Virus record (IMG/VR): IMGVR_UViG_3300017747_001938
Coordinates: 1-34,709 of that record
DNA: 34,709 bases
Strand: one strand, 5' to 3'
DNA from: a virus
Lineage: Duplodnaviria; Caudoviricetes
Under the pieces are notes generated by a model. The model was not told the origin of the DNA. It did not search any database and saw nothing but the letters and a program-made list of their open reading frames with translations. Positions 32,548-34,709 of this stretch are shown piece after piece (positions within the stretch are counted from its first letter, which is position 1; each line of letters opens with the position of its first letter). A program made the position numbers and the translations under genes.

Positions 32548-34221
32548 TCAGAGTGTGGTCAGAGCCTTTTCGCCCAGGCGGGCGCGTTTGGTGTAGATGG
32601 ATTCCTTCTGCGACTCATCCGGCATCGTCGCGCGGCCAATGGCCATGATCGCGGCGACAACGCCGTCAATGCGCCCGGTGCTCTTCGCTTTATCCGGCTT
32701 GATGTTGCCCGCCGGATCGATCTTCGCCGCGACATTCGACACCATCCACCGCAGCACCGGGTTGCCGTTGTGCCTGATCTTGCCTTCGAGCACGAACCGC
32801 TCGAGCGCCTTCATCGGCTCGTTCATCGACTGGTAGCCCTGGCGGAACTCCACCACCTTCATGCCGTCCTTCTCTTGCAGGTTCAGCGCGAACTGCGTGG
32901 CGTTCCACGGGTCGTATGCGATCTCTTTGATGTTGAATCGGCTCTTGCGTTCTGCGATCTCGGCGCGGATGAACTCGTAATCGATCACATTGCCCGGCGT
33001 GGTGTGCAGGAAGCCTTGTTTCTTCCATGTCATGTACGGCACGCGGTCACGATCCTCGCGTTCTTTCGCGCGGTCCTCGGGCACCCACACATCGAGCACG
33101 AGGTTGAAGTTGTCGCCATCGGGGAACAACATGACCAGCGCCGCCGTGTCCGTTGTGCTCGCAAGGTCGATGGCCGCGAAGCATGGCTCACCAGCCATCT
33201 CTGCAATGTCGAACCTCCCAACGCACGCATCCCACGCCGCCATCGACAGCCACCGCACATCCTGCTGCGTTTTCATGTTGAGGTGTAGCCGCTTGAACGT
33301 GTTTTCATAGGTCGGCTGATCCTTCGCCTTGGCACATTCGTTCTCCAGATATTCAAGCCGCACCGACACGCCAAGGTTGGGGTTTGCTTTGGCCCATGTC
33401 TCAGGCGATGTCCAGTCGTCATCGGCCGTCGCTTCGTAAACCACCGGCAGGAATGCGTGATTGCGGATGATGCCGTCACGCACCTTGCATGCGTAGTCGT
33501 GCTTTTCGTTGCAGATTGAGGGGCGGTCGTAGTCCGCCGTGGTGATGTAGACGATGAGCGGTTGCCGACGCGAGCCGGTGCCAGTCACGAGCACATCGAC
33601 CAGATCGCGGTTGGGGTGCGCGTGGAGCTCATCGATCACCGCCGCGTGTACGTTCAGGCCGTGCTTCGTGTCCGCATCGGCAGACAACGCTTTGTAAACC
33701 GTGTTCTCTTCCGCGAACTCAATCGAGCGGAACGCCTTGTAAATCTTCGCGCGGCTTTCAAGTTCCGGTTCGCGGAGGATCATGCCCGCCGCATGGCGAA
33801 AGACCAGCGCCGCCTGCTCCCGTTCCGCTGCCGCGCTGTAAATCTGCGCGCCCGGTTCGTGGTCGGTGAACATGGTTAAGAGCACCATCCCGGCAGCGAG
33901 CGGGGTCTTGCCGTTCTTGCGAGGCACGTACACGAACGCCTCCCGGTATCGGCGCGTGCCGTCCGCTTGCTTCCATCCGAAGATCGCCGCAATGATGGCC
34001 TGTTGCCACCGCTCTAGCATGAACGGCTCGCCGGCCTTGTCGCCCTCGATCATGACGAGGCATTCGTGAAAGAATGCAATAGCAACCCGCGCGGCTTTAG
34101 CGTCGAACCAATCGCCGGGGTTGGCGCTGGCGATGCAGTCGTAGCCGGGGATCAGCGAGAGCAGCGTGCGCCACTTCGCGCCGATCTTAGCCTGCGGGTT
34201 TGAAGAAACGAGACTTACCAT
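32548..34221 (-). CDS. terL: Terminase large subunit
   Basis: LERWQ, RRYREA, VPRKNGKT (Walker A), IDELH, ITTA, ANPNLG, IDLA, YDPWNA, RIDGVVA. Confidence 0.97.
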   Translation of the reverse strand: MVSLVSSNPQAKIGAKWRTLLSLIPGYDCIASANPGDWFDAKAARVAIAFFHECLVMIEGDKAGEPFMLERWQQAIIAAIFGWKQADGTRRYREAFVYVPRKNGKTPLAAGMVLLTMFTDHEPGAQIYSAAAEREQAALVFRHAAGMILREPELESRAKIYKAFRSIEFAEENTVYKALSADADTKHGLNVHAAVIDELHAHPNRDLVDVLVTGTGSRRQPLIVYITTADYDRPSICNEKHDYACKVRDGIIRNHAFLPVVYEATADDDWTSPETWAKANPNLGVSVRLEYLENECAKAKDQPTYENTFKRLHLNMKTQQDVRWLSMAAWDACVGRFDIAEMAGEPCFAAIDLASTTDTAALVMLFPDGDNFNLVLDVWVPEDRAKEREDRDRVPYMTWKKQGFLHTTPGNVIDYEFIRAEIAERKSRFNIKEIAYDPWNATQFALNLQEKDGMKVVEFRQGYQSMNEPMKALERFVLEGKIRHNGNPVLRWMVSNVAAKIDPAGNIKPDKAKSTGRIDGVVAAIMAIGRATMPDESQKESIYTKRARLGEKALTTL

Positions 34222-34651
34222 CCGGCTTGTCGTCCTTTTTCTTGGAGGTCGTCACTGCTGCCCGGCTGCTGGGTGTCATACCGAACTGCACCATTGCCTT
34301 CATCGCCCTGGCCCATGCCGCGTCACGGATACCCACCGCTGGATGCGCCACGGTGTTGCCCACGCTGCCCTCGGTGGTGATGCCCTCTTCGTCCACGATG
34401 TTGCGGGCGTGAACGTATTGCGACAACGCATCCACCAAGAGCACCATCGCACCGCAGTCAGCAACGGTTGACACCTGCATCCCTGCGAGCACCGTGGCAA
34501 TTTCGTCCCAATATTTTTTCGCCGTGGCGCTCACCCATGAGGGGCAGGGGATTTTGGACGATTCGACCTGCGGCTCGCTCGGGCGAGATGTGCCGCGCCA
34601 CGAGCCTCGCAGCTTAAGGATGGCGGTTGGTTTTTTTGGAGGGCCAGGCAT
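34187..34651 (-). CDS. terS: Terminase small subunit (P27 family)
   Basis: GPPKKPT..LKLRG, P.W....AK..W, HPAV, QFGMTPSSR. Confidence 0.93.
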   Translation of the reverse strand: MPGPPKKPTAILKLRGSWRGTSRPSEPQVESSKIPCPSWVSATAKKYWDEIATVLAGMQVSTVADCGAMVLLVDALSQYVHARNIVDEEGITTEGSVGNTVAHPAVGIRDAAWARAMKAMVQFGMTPSSRAAVTTSKKKDDKPDGKSRFFKPAG

Positions 34652-34709
34652 ATCGACTTTCAAAAAACTTCGTTTATCTCGTGAAACTTTTCATAAGTAC
34701 AAGCCACGC

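Noticed and set aside
22825-34651. Gene transfer agent interpretation based on the short tail
   Set aside because: The element has its own replication, recombination and integrase modules and a P27-type terS/terL, consistent with an autonomous phage.
34652-34709. cos site upstream of terS
   Set aside because: Plausible by position, but only 58 nt are visible and no cohesive-end symmetry can be identified.

Overview
The window is most of a GC-rich, probably temperate, HK97-like siphophage genome. Almost all genes are on the minus strand and no host genes are present. Right to left (the direction of transcription), the late block is: terS, terL, portal, ClpP-type prohead protease, GT-A glycosyltransferase, major capsid, decoration-like gene, a second (Maf/GT29/GT42-like) putative glycosyltransferase, head-tail connectors, tail tube, tail chaperone with a -1 frameshift, a very short tape measure protein, tail-tip genes, a mini type IV prepilin and a membrane-anchored HTH protein. 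A small divergent control region follows, with a DUF3302/Imm-like membrane gene and a leaderless RHH gene but no CI-like repressor. The early operon carries an exonuclease, a Sak4-like ATPase, an SSB, an initiator with ori palindromes, a PrimPol-helicase, HNH, RusA, small accessory genes and a tyrosine integrase. Next come a candidate intact attP and a second late-type block (lipoprotein, thermonuclease, alpha/beta hydrolase, SGNH esterase, fibre/adaptor genes) that runs off the left edge. A 21-bp sigma70-type promoter motif (20/21 identical) heads both the left block and the capsid gene, and each copy is followed by a terminator-like leader. No endolysin, tRNA or CRISPR array was recognised. 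The prepilin and integrase styles suggest a Planctomycetota host (inference). All family calls are motif recognition by eye, not database searches.
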